Assembly: GCA_050184975.1 (NCBI GenBank)
Contig: JBFWZV010000013.1
Location: 821 to 64,820 of the forward strand
Direction of reading: 5' to 3'
From: Pseudolabrys sp.
Lineage (GTDB): Bacteria; Pseudomonadota; Alphaproteobacteria; Rhizobiales; Xanthobacteraceae
DNA length: 64,000 nt
Below are positions 45,903-55,792 of the stretch, in pieces. Under the pieces are notes generated by a model. It searched no databases and was not told the DNA's origin. It was given only the letters and a program-made list of their open reading frames with translations. The position numbers and the translations under genes are program-made. Numbering within the stretch: position 1 is the first letter of the stretch; each line of letters opens with the position of its first letter.

Positions 45903-46117
45903 GCGAGGCCGCGCTCGTCACGCAATCGACGCTCACCTGCCCGCAGTGCGGCACGGCGAAAGTCGAGACGATGCCGACCGACGCCTGCCAGTTTTTCTAC
46001 AACTGTTCCGGCTGCGGCGCGCGGCTGAAGCCGAAGGACGGCGACTGCTGCGTGTTCTGCTCTTACGGCTCGGTGCCCTGCCCGCCGGTGCAGGCGGACG
46101 GCAAAGGCTGCTGCTGA
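45899..46117 (+). CDS. GDCCVxC-domain Cys-rich small protein
   Basis: CPQCG..MPTDACQFFYNC..C..KPKDGDCCVFCSYG. Confidence 0.9.
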   Translation: MSEAALVTQSTLTCPQCGTAKVETMPTDACQFFYNCSGCGARLKPKDGDCCVFCSYGSVPCPPVQADGKGCC

Positions 46118-46128
46118 CCGCCGCGCCG

Positions 46129-47106
46129 TCAACGCTTGACGCCGACCTCGCGCACCAGCGGCCACCACTGGTCCTGCTCTTTCTTGATATAGGCGGCGGC
46201 CTCCGCCGGGCCGAGCCAGCGCGGATAGGTGCCGATCGACGCGAACCGCTGCGCGACCTCGGGATGTTCGACGATGGCGCGCAGATCGGCGGCGACCTTC
46301 TGCACAATGGCGTCGGGCGTGCCGGACGGCGCCATCAGCATGATCCAGCCTTTCGACTCGAAGCCCGGCACGGTTTCGGAAATGGTCGGCAGATCCGGAT
46401 AGTTCGACAGCCGCTTTGCCGAGCCAACCGCAAGCACGCGCACCGAACCGCCCTGCATCGCGCCGGCGACGCCGGCAATGCCCTCGAACATGATCGGAAT
46501 GCGCCCGGCCGACACGTCGGTCACCGAGGTCGCGGCATTGGGGCCGTGGATGTAGCTCATCTTCACGCCGGTGCGACGCGCAAACAGTTCGCCGGTCAGA
46601 TGCGACTGGCCGCCGCGATTCGAGGCGGCGAACGGAATCCCGTCCGGCTGCTTCTTGATGTAGTCGATCAGCTCGGCGACGGTCTTGACCGGCAGCGCCG
46701 GGCTTGCCGACACCGCGATCGGCTGCTCGGCAATCAGCGCGATCGGCACGAAGGTCTTCAGGAGCGGCGCGGCCTTCTCGGCCTGCGTGATCGGCAGCAC
46801 CGTGAAGGTCGAGGCCTGCGTCATGTAGAGCGTGTAGCCGTCGGGCGTCACCGTGCTCGCGGCCTGCGCCGCGATCAGGCCGCCGGCGCCCGGACGGTTG
46901 AACACCACCACCTGCTGCTTCCAGGCCGTGGCGAGCCGGTCGGCGATCACGCGGGTCGCGACGTCGGGACTGTTCCCGGCGGCAGCCGGCGTGATAAAGG
47001 TCACCGTCCGCTGCGGATAGTCGCTCTGCGCCGCAGCGGGCGCGGCGGCAAACGATGCGGCGATGACAACGGAGAAAAGCGCAGCAAGCCTGCGGCGGCC
47101 AGACAT
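46129..47106 (-). CDS. Bug/TctC tripartite tricarboxylate transporter substrate-binding protein
   Basis: Signal peptide; VVFNRPGAGG; PDGYTL; DLPTISE; MAPSGTP. Confidence 0.92.
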   Translation of the reverse strand: MSGRRRLAALFSVVIAASFAAAPAAAQSDYPQRTVTFITPAAAGNSPDVATRVIADRLATAWKQQVVVFNRPGAGGLIAAQAASTVTPDGYTLYMTQASTFTVLPITQAEKAAPLLKTFVPIALIAEQPIAVSASPALPVKTVAELIDYIKKQPDGIPFAASNRGGQSHLTGELFARRTGVKMSYIHGPNAATSVTDVSAGRIPIMFEGIAGVAGAMQGGSVRVLAVGSAKRLSNYPDLPTISETVPGFESKGWIMLMAPSGTPDAIVQKVAADLRAIVEHPEVAQRFASIGTYPRWLGPAEAAAYIKKEQDQWWPLVREVGVKR

Positions 47107-47225
47107 AAGACTCCTCCAACGGCGAAACTTCCCCGCATCGAGATTAACATGGCGGCGAACAGGCGGGTATGGCGACCCGCCCGTTTGCGATGCAACGAAC
47201 CCCAACCGCCTTTCGGTCATCGAAC

Positions 47226-47924
47226 ATGGCGCACGAGGCCCTGAAGCAAAAACTGATCCTGGCCGGCAAGATCCTGGTCGGCGAAGGTCATGACGATTTC
47301 ACCCGCGGCCATATTTCGGTGCGCGTGCCGGGCAAGCCGTCGCTGTTCTACATGAAGCCGCACAGCATCGGCTTCGACGAGATGACGCCGAAAAACATCC
47401 TGACCGTCGACCTCGACGGCAAGGTGGTGGCCGGGAAGGCGCGGCGGCACAGCGAGGTCTATATCCATTCCGAAATCTACCGGGCGCGGCCGGACGTGCA
47501 GTGCGTGCTGCATTCGCACCCGCCCTACTGTGTCGCGCTGTCGGGCACCCGGCGGCCGGTCAAAGCCTACAGCCAGCCGGGCGCATTGTTTGCCGGCGAG
47601 GTCGGGCTCTATGACGACACCATCTTCCTGATCCGCACGCCGGACATGGGCGCGCGTGTCGCGAAAGCGCTCGGTCCCCATCGCGCGGTCCTGTTAAAGA
47701 ACCACGGCGTGGTGATGACGGGAGGTGCTATCGAAGACGCCGTGATCGGCGCGATCATGCTGGAGAACGCCGCGCAGGTGCAGCTTGTGCTGGAGGCGGC
47801 CGGCGCGCCGGCCCCGGAATTTCCGGACGCCGACATCAAGACGCTCAAGGACGCGATCTGGAACCACGAGCAGGCCGCGATCAATTTCGACTATCTCGGG
47901 CGCCGGGCGAAGCGGCGGCGGTAA
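47226..47924 (+). CDS. Class II aldolase/adducin family protein
   Basis: GHISVR, SEVYIHSEIY..RPDV..VLHSH, LKNHG. Confidence 0.92.
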   Translation: MAHEALKQKLILAGKILVGEGHDDFTRGHISVRVPGKPSLFYMKPHSIGFDEMTPKNILTVDLDGKVVAGKARRHSEVYIHSEIYRARPDVQCVLHSHPPYCVALSGTRRPVKAYSQPGALFAGEVGLYDDTIFLIRTPDMGARVAKALGPHRAVLLKNHGVVMTGGAIEDAVIGAIMLENAAQVQLVLEAAGAPAPEFPDADIKTLKDAIWNHEQAAINFDYLGRRAKRRR

Positions 47925-47930
47925 AGCGTG

Positions 47931-49481
47931 TCACGCGCCCAGTTGGTGGCGCAATTCGGCGATCACGCCCGGAAGCTCGCCCAGCGTCTTTCCGGCGCCG
48001 AAGATGTAGTAATCGGGCCGCTTGACGATGACGTCGCAGCCATATTCGTCCATCAACCGCGTATAAAGACCGCCGCTGTCCTCGATGCCGCCGGGACCGA
48101 GCGTGACGAAGCCGCCGCCAAGGCCCTGCCACCAGGCGCAGTCCGCGTCCGGCAACGCCGCGGCGGGATCGCCGTTGCGGGCCACGATCGTCCAGCCGCG
48201 ACCGGCGACGTCGTCGAACCGGCCGGTGCCATCTCGGCCCCTCACCTCGCCTTGCGGGAAGGCGTCGCCGGCGGCCGGCGCCGCCGCGGCGCGAAAGCCC
48301 TGCGCGTAGCCCGGCACCCGGAACGCAATCAGCGACTTCTGGCCTTTCGCCTTGTCGAGTTCGGCCTGCATCGCGGCGAGCCGCGCGTCGCGCTCACGCG
48401 CTTTCTCATGATCGCGCTCGATGACGTTTTGCCCGACGCGGGCGCTCTCGATGATGGTGGCGCGCGCATTCGGAGCGCGCTCGGCCTCGTAGGTGTCGAG
48501 CAGCGCGTCCGCGGCCTGCCCCTTCAGCACGGCGTCGAGCTTCCACGACAGATTGTAGGCGTCGCGCAACCCGGTGCAGAGGCCCTGCGCCAGAAACGGC
48601 GGCATCAGATGCGCGGCGTCGCCGGCGAGAAAGACGCGGCCCGCGCGCCAGCGCGTCGCGATCTGCGAGGTGAATTTGTAGATGACGACGCGGACCAGTT
48701 CGAACTCGTCCGGCGTCGCGCCTTCGGGCCGCGCCAGCCGCTTCCACACGCTCGCGGGCTTCACCGCTTCCTCGTGCGACTCGCCGGGCAACACCATCAT
48801 CGACCAGCGGCGGTGATGCGCGCCCATCTGCATGGTCATGCCGGGCTGGTCCGGCTCGCAGAGCTGGCGCAGCAGCGGCAGGTCGGGCCGCGGCGGTTTC
48901 TTCGCCTTGCCGTCGATGACGAGCCAGTCCTGATCGAAGCCGAGAAATTCAAAATCGATACCGAGCGCCTGCCGCACGAAGCTGTTGGCGCCGTCGGCGC
49001 CGATCACATAGCGGCCGGCGATGTCACGCCGCGCGCCATCGCCGTCTTCGACCGTGACCGCGACCTTGTCGGCATCCTGCGCAAGCGCGATCGCCTTCGC
49101 GCCCTGCAGGATATCGACCCCCGGCAGCGCCTTGGCGATGCGGTCGAGCTCGGCCTCGAAGGCCGGCTGGTAGATCGAGATGAATTCCGGCCAGCCGTGG
49201 GTGGCTTTCGCCTGCACGTCGTTCGACAGCAGGATCTTGCCTTTGTTGGACAATTCGTATTTCGGCAGGAAAAACGTCGCCGGCCTGATCGCCTCGGTGA
49301 TGCCGAGTTCCTGGAACATGCGCAGGACGTCATCGTGGACGATGCCGACGCGGGCGAGTTTGTAGAGATCGCGGTAGCGCTCGACGATCGCCACGCGGTG
49401 GCCGGCCTCGCCAAGTTTAACCGCGGCCAGCATCCCGGTCGGCCCGTAGCCGACGATCACGACGTCGTAGAGATCCCGCAT
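47931..49481 (-). CDS. FAD-dependent aromatic monooxygenase (MhpA-like)
   Basis: IVGYGPTG, IGADGANS, LAGDAAHLMPPFLAQG, C-terminal KRPDYYI. Confidence 0.9.
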   Translation of the reverse strand: MRDLYDVVIVGYGPTGMLAAVKLGEAGHRVAIVERYRDLYKLARVGIVHDDVLRMFQELGITEAIRPATFFLPKYELSNKGKILLSNDVQAKATHGWPEFISIYQPAFEAELDRIAKALPGVDILQGAKAIALAQDADKVAVTVEDGDGARRDIAGRYVIGADGANSFVRQALGIDFEFLGFDQDWLVIDGKAKKPPRPDLPLLRQLCEPDQPGMTMQMGAHHRRWSMMVLPGESHEEAVKPASVWKRLARPEGATPDEFELVRVVIYKFTSQIATRWRAGRVFLAGDAAHLMPPFLAQGLCTGLRDAYNLSWKLDAVLKGQAADALLDTYEAERAPNARATIIESARVGQNVIERDHEKARERDARLAAMQAELDKAKGQKSLIAFRVPGYAQGFRAAAAPAAGDAFPQGEVRGRDGTGRFDDVAGRGWTIVARNGDPAAALPDADCAWWQGLGGGFVTLGPGGIEDSGGLYTRLMDEYGCDVIVKRPDYYIFGAGKTLGELPGVIAELRHQLGA

Positions 49482-49606
49482 GGCACGTCAGTCCCGGTCA
49501 TTGCCGGGACACTGTAGGGGACCGCGCACGGCCCACCCTATAGTCCTGCGGTTGTTGGCGGCCTGCCGTCCGGGTTATGGAGCGCACGCAAGACAAAACC
49601 GCCGCC

Positions 49607-49693
49607 TCACCAGTGCCGCCGATTTGATGGTCCAGCGTCGTGTACGGCGAACTCGATGAGAGCCTTCACATCGAAGATCGGCATGTGAATCAT
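49607..49693 (-). CDS. Possible 28-aa small protein
   Basis: MIHMPIFDVKALIEFAVHDAGPSNRRHW; no strong SD. Confidence 0.3.
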   Translation of the reverse strand: MIHMPIFDVKALIEFAVHDAGPSNRRHW

Positions 49694-49832
49694 TAAAATA
49701 AAATGCGAGTGCCCTTTGCTTCCCGAAATTCGTTCAAGAGCGCGCTGCCCCGTATCACGAATTTCAGAAAGCGGACACTCGCCCGCGAACCGGCGGTACA
49801 AACCTCATGTTGCGGCCCGGAAGCCTGCGGCG

Positions 49833-50018
49833 TCAGTGAACGCTTACGCTGTCGGTTTGTCGCAATCGGGCAATTTCGTCTTTCACCTGCAGTTTCTTGC
49901 GCTTGAGTTCGACGATCTTGAGGTCGTCGGTGGCGGGATGGGCGATGGCGTCGTTGATTTCCTGTTCGAGAGCCTCGTGCCGCCGTTCCAGTTCAGCAAG
50001 GTGCGATTGCATCGACAT
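49833..50018 (-). CDS. YdcH/DUF465 family protein
   Basis: LERRHEALEQEI..LKRKKLQVKDEI. Confidence 0.9.
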   Translation of the reverse strand: MSMQSHLAELERRHEALEQEINDAIAHPATDDLKIVELKRKKLQVKDEIARLRQTDSVSVH

Positions 50019-50261
50019 TTCAGGATGTCTCCTCAATCCATGTAGACGAACGAACTCTACTCCAGAATCGCTCCCGGTGCGACTGCGAGAAATCCGCGCA
50101 ATCCGGGACTGCCGACCGTGAAATGCCTGATTGGGCACAACAATTTATGCGATTGCGGCGCGCTGTGGAAAAATCGGTATAATCGTAAATGAAAGATTGA
50201 TCGCGCCCGCGCCGACGGCAGCCGGTGCAATTCGATCGCTGGTAGTGTTCGATCGGTGGCA

Positions 50262-50468
50262 ATGGACAAGGACGAGGAACGCACGCTGCGAGAGCAACTC
50301 GCACGGCTCCTGCAGGAGCATCGGGATCTCGATGCGGCGATTGCTGCCCTGCAAGCCTCGCCGGCCTCCGACCTGATCCAGATCCAGCGGCTCAAGAAGC
50401 GCAAGCTGGTCCTGCGAGACCGCATCCGCGCCGTCGAGGATCAACTGACGCCGGATATCATCGCCTAA
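50262..50468 (+). CDS. YdcH/DUF465 family protein
   Basis: EHRDLDAAI..QRLKKRKL.LRDRI..PDIIA. Confidence 0.9.
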   Translation: MDKDEERTLREQLARLLQEHRDLDAAIAALQASPASDLIQIQRLKKRKLVLRDRIRAVEDQLTPDIIA

Positions 50469-50491
50469 GCCCAAGACGGCTCAAGCCCAGC

Positions 50492-51112
50492 TCAGGCCCG
50501 GCGCGCGGCCTTTCGCGCATACATGGCGCGGTCAGCCGCTTCGATGACCTCCTCCGGCGTACGTCCCGGCGCGACCGCCGCAGTGCCCGCCGAGGCCGTG
50601 ACCGACAGCAGAGCGCCATCGTGGCAGACGGAGGCCTGGTTGACGGCCGCCTCGAGGTCGAGCGCTTTGGCCTGGGCCTGCACCTCGCCGACATTCCACA
50701 GCAGCACGGCAAGCTCGTCGCCGCCGAGCCGCGCCACCACGTCGGAGGCGCGGACCGCGCCGGTGAGCGCCGCGGCAGCCGCCTTCAGCAGTTGATCCCC
50801 CGCCCCATGGCCGTGGCAGTCGTTGATGGCCTTGAAGCCGTCGAGATCGAGATAAACGAGCGCCACCGCCCCGCCATAGCGGTCGAGATAGGCGATCGAG
50901 CGTGCAAGCTCGCGCACAAAGGCCCGCCGATTGAGGATTTCGAGCAGCGGGTCGATGTCGGCGCGCTGCTCAAGCTCGGAAATACGCGCCTCGGCCTGCC
51001 CCAAGGCGGCGCGCAGGCGCTCGATTTCCGCGCGCAGGGCGTCGGAGGGCTCGCCGGCGCTTTCCGCCCGCTCGGCCGCCCGCATGGTCATTCGTCGAAT
51101 CCGTTGCGCCAT
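50492..51112 (-). CDS. Coiled-coil plus GGDEF diguanylate cyclase (GGDEL variant)
   Basis: [32 protein letters not shown]; start uncertain. Confidence 0.88.
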   Translation of the reverse strand: MAQRIRRMTMRAAERAESAGEPSDALRAEIERLRAALGQAEARISELEQRADIDPLLEILNRRAFVRELARSIAYLDRYGGAVALVYLDLDGFKAINDCHGHGAGDQLLKAAAAALTGAVRASDVVARLGGDELAVLLWNVGEVQAQAKALDLEAAVNQASVCHDGALLSVTASAGTAAVAPGRTPEEVIEAADRAMYARKAARRA

Positions 51113-51230
51113 GGCGGCGAGGATAGCGTGCCCCGCGCGCCTTGCCAGCAGGGGTTCGGCACCTATAATCGCCCGCTTTCCGTTCGGGCCGGGGCCCGGA
51201 CCGGGGGCAATCGTAGAAATCGCAGAAAAA

Positions 51231-51713
51231 ATGTCCGCAAAACCGGTCGCCATCATCATGGGGAGCCAGTCCGACTGGGCGACCATGATCCATGCCGCTG
51301 AGACGCTCGATTCGCTCGGCATCGGTTACGACGCCCGCATCGTGTCGGCGCATCGTACGCCGAAGCGGCTCTATGAATTCGCGCATGGCGCGCGTGACGC
51401 AGGCTTCAAGGTCATCATCGCCGGCGCCGGCGGCGCGGCGCATCTGCCGGGCATGGCGGCATCGATGACGCCGCTGCCGGTGTTCGGCGTGCCGATGAAC
51501 GTCAACAAGCTCGAAGGCAAGGACAGCCTCGCCTCCATCGTGCAGATGCCCGCCGGCATTCCGGTCGGCACGCTGGCGATCGGCAAGCCGGGCGCGATCA
51601 ACGCGGCGCTGCTTGCGGCCGCCGTGCTGGCGCTGTCCGATTCCAGGATCGCAAAGAAGCTCGATGCGTTCCGCGCGCGGCAGACCGCGTCCGTCAAGAA
51701 GCGGCCGAAGTAA
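51231..51713 (+). CDS. purE: N5-CAIR mutase
   Basis: [36 protein letters not shown]. Confidence 0.97.
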   Translation: MSAKPVAIIMGSQSDWATMIHAAETLDSLGIGYDARIVSAHRTPKRLYEFAHGARDAGFKVIIAGAGGAAHLPGMAASMTPLPVFGVPMNVNKLEGKDSLASIVQMPAGIPVGTLAIGKPGAINAALLAAAVLALSDSRIAKKLDAFRARQTASVKKRPK

Positions 51714-51717
51714 CGAC

Positions 51718-52794
51718 GTGCTCAAGACCGGCGCGACCATCGGCATTCTCGGCGGCGGCCAGCTCGGCCGCATGCTGGCGCTGGCGGCGGCGAAGCTCGG
51801 GTTTCGCACCCATGTCTATTCGCCGGAAGAAAATTCCTGCGCCTTCGATGTCGCGCATGCGATCACACAGGCGGCCTACGAGGATGAAACGGCGCTGGCG
51901 CAGTTCGCCCAGGTGGTCGACGTCGTCACCTACGAATTCGAGAATGTGCCCGGCAAGACGGCAGCATTCTTGTCAAAGCGCAAGGCGGTGCTGCCCGACC
52001 CCGGCGTGCTGGAGACGACACAGGACCGGCTGGTCGAAAAGGATTTCGTCACGAGCCTGAAGATTCCGACCGCGCCCTATGCGCCGGTGCATTCGGCAAC
52101 GCAGCTCGCCGAGGCGGTCGACAAGGTCGGCCTGCCGGCGGTGCTCAAGACCCGTACGCTCGGCTATGATGGCAAGGGCCAGATCATGCTCGCGAAAGGC
52201 GGCGACCCGGTTGCGGCGTGGCGGTCCCTGAAGAACGCGCCCTGCATTCTCGAAGGCTTCGTGAAGTTCCAGCGCGAGGTCTCGGTGGTCGCGGCGCGCG
52301 ACAAGGACGGCAAGGTGGTCTGCTTCGACGTCACCGAGAACCAGCACCAGAACCACATTCTGAAAGTCTCGCGCGTGCCGGCGCGGCTGTCGCAGTCGGC
52401 CGAGCGCGAGGCGCGGCGGATCGCGACGCGGATCGCCGAGGCGCTCGGCTATGTCGGCGTGCTGGCGGTCGAGATGTTCGCGGTGAAGGACGGCAAGGCG
52501 ACCGGCCTCCTCGTCAACGAGATCGCGCCCCGGGTCCACAATTCCGGCCACTGGACGCTCGACGGCGCCACCGTCTCGCAGTTCGAGCAGCACATCCGGG
52601 CGATCGCCGGGCTGCCGCTGGCGCGGCCGGTGCGGCTCGGCCGGGTCGAAATGACCAACCTGATCGGCGCCGAGATCGGCGAGGCCGCCCGCTGGATGGC
52701 GGTGCCGGGGGTTTCCGTACACGTCTACGGCAAGAAAGAGGCCCGCCCGGGCCGGAAAATGGGGCATGTGACAAAGGTGCGGCCGGAGCGCTAA
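51718..52794 (+). CDS. purK: N5-CAIR synthase
   Basis: GILGGGQLGRML, TYEFENV, GYDGKGQ, NEIAPRVHNSGH, GRKMGH. Confidence 0.97.
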   Translation: MLKTGATIGILGGGQLGRMLALAAAKLGFRTHVYSPEENSCAFDVAHAITQAAYEDETALAQFAQVVDVVTYEFENVPGKTAAFLSKRKAVLPDPGVLETTQDRLVEKDFVTSLKIPTAPYAPVHSATQLAEAVDKVGLPAVLKTRTLGYDGKGQIMLAKGGDPVAAWRSLKNAPCILEGFVKFQREVSVVAARDKDGKVVCFDVTENQHQNHILKVSRVPARLSQSAEREARRIATRIAEALGYVGVLAVEMFAVKDGKATGLLVNEIAPRVHNSGHWTLDGATVSQFEQHIRAIAGLPLARPVRLGRVEMTNLIGAEIGEAARWMAVPGVSVHVYGKKEARPGRKMGHVTKVRPER

Positions 52795-52940
52795 CCCGCC
52801 GCACATGGGCGAAGATGGACTCTTAAGGGCTTTTCTGGTAGTTCCGCCCGACTCGAAGGCCTGTTTTTCGGGCCTTTGACCCGACTTCAAGCCGACCGAA
52901 TTCGACCTTCAACCGGGGCCAAGGACCCAGAGGAGAAAGC

Positions 52941-53234
52941 GTGCAGGTTCTCGTTCGCGACAACAATGTCGACCAAGCCCTCAAGGCGCTGAAAAAGAAG
53001 ATGCAGCGCGAGGGGATTTTCCGCGAGATGAAGCTCCGCGGTCATTACGAAAAGCCCTCCGAGAAGCGTGCGCGGGAAAAGGCGGAAGCGATCCGCCGGG
53101 CCCGCAAGCTCGCGCGCAAGAAGATGCAGCGCGAAGGCCTGCTCCCCTCCAAGCCGCGTCCGGCTCCCGGCGCAGCGGCCGGCGGCCGTGGCGGTCCCGG
53201 TGGTGGTGGCGGCGGCGGACGCCGGTTCGGCTGA
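52941..53234 (+). CDS. rpsU: 30S ribosomal protein S21 with a Gly-rich C-terminal tail
   Basis: [31 protein letters not shown]. Confidence 0.96.
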   Translation: MQVLVRDNNVDQALKALKKKMQREGIFREMKLRGHYEKPSEKRAREKAEAIRRARKLARKKMQREGLLPSKPRPAPGAAAGGRGGPGGGGGGGRRFG

Positions 53235-53260
53235 TCGCCGGTTACAGGTTCGAGTTCGGT

Positions 53261-53292
53261 AAAGCGCGGGCAGCCCCCGCGCTTTTGTTTTT
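53261..53292 (+). terminator. Intrinsic terminator after rpsU
   Basis: AAAGCGCGGG-CAGCC-CCCGCGCTTT plus T tract. Confidence 0.8.
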
Positions 53293-53310
53293 AGTGCCGG
53301 CGGATCATGC

Positions 53311-54462
53311 CTACGCGCTAAACGTAAACCGGGTGCCGACCGCCGAATGGATCACCTTGTCGCCGAGCGCGGCACGGGCGAGGTCGTAGAAGCGGTCGCC
53401 GGTGCAGTGCGCGGTGATGATGTAGGCCGGATCGATCTCGCGGAATTCGTTGATTGTGTCGTTGATGTAGTCGTCGCCGAGCGGCGGCACGATGTGGAAG
53501 CCGCCGATCACCGCGAAGACTTTATCCAAGCCGGCTGCCTTCTGCGCGGCGCGGACCGCGTTGATGACGCCGCGGTGGCTGCATGAGGTCAGCACCACAA
53601 GGCCCCTGCCCCTGACGTTGTAGACGGTCGCGATCTCGTGGTCGAAATCGTCGGGGATGTAATCTCCGGTGTTCTTTTCAGGCGGCATGTCTTCCGGGAA
53701 ACAGCCGAAGTCGTTTTGAATGCCGACGATTTCCTTGGTCGGCAGCAGCGGCTTCTCGAACGACACCTGCGCGATGCGCCCGGTGGTGAAGGCGTGGTCG
53801 GCGACCAGCGCCGGCGCGTCCGCCATCATCAACGCAAGGTCGGCGTCGAAGATCGCCCTGCGGTCGAGCGCGCCGAACTGTCCGCCGGGATTGCGGCGGA
53901 TACAGAACGTGTCCTCGCCGCCGACATAAAACGGCAGCTTCTTTTTGAGCCTGCCCTTGTTGGCGTCGAGGAAACCGGTCATGCCGCCGAAATGGTCGTA
54001 ATGGCCGTGGCTCAGAACCATCGCGTCGAAGGTCGAAGGGTCGACGCCGAGGATGTTCAGGTTGTTGTTGAGCACCTCCGGCGTGTAGCCGAAATCGACC
54101 ATCACGTTGCGTTCCTCAGGCCCGCGAAACGACTGGGCATGCAGCGCGAGGCCCCATTCGCCGTTGAGCATATGGCGCGGCGGCCGGTCGGGGTGCGTAT
54201 TGCCGCTCTTGCGCTCGATGGCGAGGCCGTCGCGCGTTTCGTTCGGCACGAACTGGATGACGATGTTGTCGGTGACGACGCGCACCGAAACCCTGTCGAC
54301 CTCGGGCACGGCCTTCGGCAACAGCGGCGCCGGCATGGTGCGCTGGCCGGCGACCATCGCGCCGATCATGGCGGTGATGTAGCCGGCGCCGCCCGCGCAC
54401 ATCGCGCCGGCCCCGGACAAGAACGACGCGGCATCGCCGCAGTTGCAGGCATTGAACAGCAT
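53311..54462 (-). CDS. MBL-fold metallo-hydrolase
   Basis: GEWGLA, VLSHGHYDHFGG, LTSCSHRG, GGFH, HCTG. Confidence 0.88.
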   Translation of the reverse strand: MLFNACNCGDAASFLSGAGAMCAGGAGYITAMIGAMVAGQRTMPAPLLPKAVPEVDRVSVRVVTDNIVIQFVPNETRDGLAIERKSGNTHPDRPPRHMLNGEWGLALHAQSFRGPEERNVMVDFGYTPEVLNNNLNILGVDPSTFDAMVLSHGHYDHFGGMTGFLDANKGRLKKKLPFYVGGEDTFCIRRNPGGQFGALDRRAIFDADLALMMADAPALVADHAFTTGRIAQVSFEKPLLPTKEIVGIQNDFGCFPEDMPPEKNTGDYIPDDFDHEIATVYNVRGRGLVVLTSCSHRGVINAVRAAQKAAGLDKVFAVIGGFHIVPPLGDDYINDTINEFREIDPAYIITAHCTGDRFYDLARAALGDKVIHSAVGTRFTFSA

Positions 54463-54528
54463 TTCAAGGATTCCCCGGCCGCAAACACATTCAACATATC
54501 TTATTCGTGCGGCGGCGGCGGACGCAAC

Positions 54529-55332
54529 CTAGCGCGCGACGCTATCGAGAAATTTCAAAATCTCCGCGGTCGCGCCGTGGTCGTCGAGATCGACATGGGT
54601 GCCGTTCGGAAAGCGCACCATGCGTTTGGGCTCCCGCGCGAGCGCGAACAGTTTTTCGCCGAACGAAATCGGGATGACATGGTCGCGTTCGCCGTGGAGG
54701 ACGAGGAGCGGCATGTCGACCTTGCCGATCCGCGCGGCGGAATTGAACTGGTCCTTCATCAGCCAGCGAACCGGCACGAAGGGATAGACCGCCGCCGCGA
54801 CGTCGACGGCGGCGGTGAACGGCGCGTCGAGGATCATGCCCGCCGCCTTGCGTTCGGCGGCGAGCGCCACCGCGACCGCGCTGCCAAGCGACTCGCCGAA
54901 GATGACGATGCGCTCGGCCGGCACCTCACGCGCGGCATAATCGTAAGCCGCGCCGGCATCCGCAATCAGGCCCGGTTCGCTGGGCGCGCCGGCCGAGCCG
55001 CCATAGCTGCGATAGGACAACGCCAGCAGGCCGTTGCCCGGCGCGAAGATCCGGCCGAAGCGCCTGGCACGCAGATTGAGCGCACCGCCATTGCCGTGGA
55101 AATAAAGCACCAGCGGCCGGCCCTCCGCCGGCGCGACATGCCAGGCGACCAGCCGCGTGCCGTCGGCGGCGGTGAGTTCGATCTCGCGCGCCTGCGGCAG
55201 CCCCGCCGCGGCGGGCGGCGTGCGCCGCGTGTCGGGGAAATACATCAGCGAGCGCTGGAACACATAGAGCAGCGCCACGACGGCGGCGTAGGCCACCACC
55301 GCGACGATCACGAGCCATTTCAGTGTCGGCAT
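54529..55332 (-). CDS. Alpha/beta hydrolase (ABHD12/13-like, N-terminal TM)
   Basis: YFHGNGG, GESLG, HGERD, HVDL. Confidence 0.9.
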   Translation of the reverse strand: MPTLKWLVIVAVVAYAAVVALLYVFQRSLMYFPDTRRTPPAAAGLPQAREIELTAADGTRLVAWHVAPAEGRPLVLYFHGNGGALNLRARRFGRIFAPGNGLLALSYRSYGGSAGAPSEPGLIADAGAAYDYAAREVPAERIVIFGESLGSAVAVALAAERKAAGMILDAPFTAAVDVAAAVYPFVPVRWLMKDQFNSAARIGKVDMPLLVLHGERDHVIPISFGEKLFALAREPKRMVRFPNGTHVDLDDHGATAEILKFLDSVAR

Positions 55333-55748
55333 CAGAAGCTCGCGCAGACCGGGCGGGCGACAATGCCGACCGCCTGCTGCCGGAACTGCGTCTTGTAGGA
55401 CGAAACGATGGCGGCGATGCGTTCGCGCGCCTGCGCGTCGTCGGGGACGACCAGCACCACGAGCTTGCTCTTTTCATGCACGACGCGGCCGGTCACGGTA
55501 TCGCGCCACTGGCCGGCGGCGTCGATGACCGTGAGCCCGGCCGGAAACCGCGGCGTGATCTCGCGGGCGACGAAGCGCCCGAAGGCCCGCTCGCTAACGC
55601 CGAGCCGGCCCCCGATATTGCGGCCGAACAGCATTTCGGTGCGCATCATCGCCTGCGACGGCAGCGGGCAGGCGAGCGACTGGGCGGCCACGGGGCTGGC
55701 GCAGGCCAGCCCGGCGACGATGACGGCGATTGCTTTCAAGGGGCGCAT
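55332..55748 (-). CDS. DUF3574 family protein
   Basis: ELLFGR-like EMLFGRNI, EITPRFPAGLTV.DA.GQW, YKTQFRQQAV. Confidence 0.85.
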   Translation of the reverse strand: MRPLKAIAVIVAGLACASPVAAQSLACPLPSQAMMRTEMLFGRNIGGRLGVSERAFGRFVAREITPRFPAGLTVIDAAGQWRDTVTGRVVHEKSKLVVLVVPDDAQARERIAAIVSSYKTQFRQQAVGIVARPVCASF

Positions 55749-55792
55749 CGCGTCATGTTAGCACAGCCCGCCCGGGCCGGAGGCTGAGGGGC

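Noticed and set aside
43333-46117. Selenoprotein status of the YHS and GDCCVxC proteins
   Set aside because: Both ORFs are uninterrupted and use Cys codons; no in-frame TGA.
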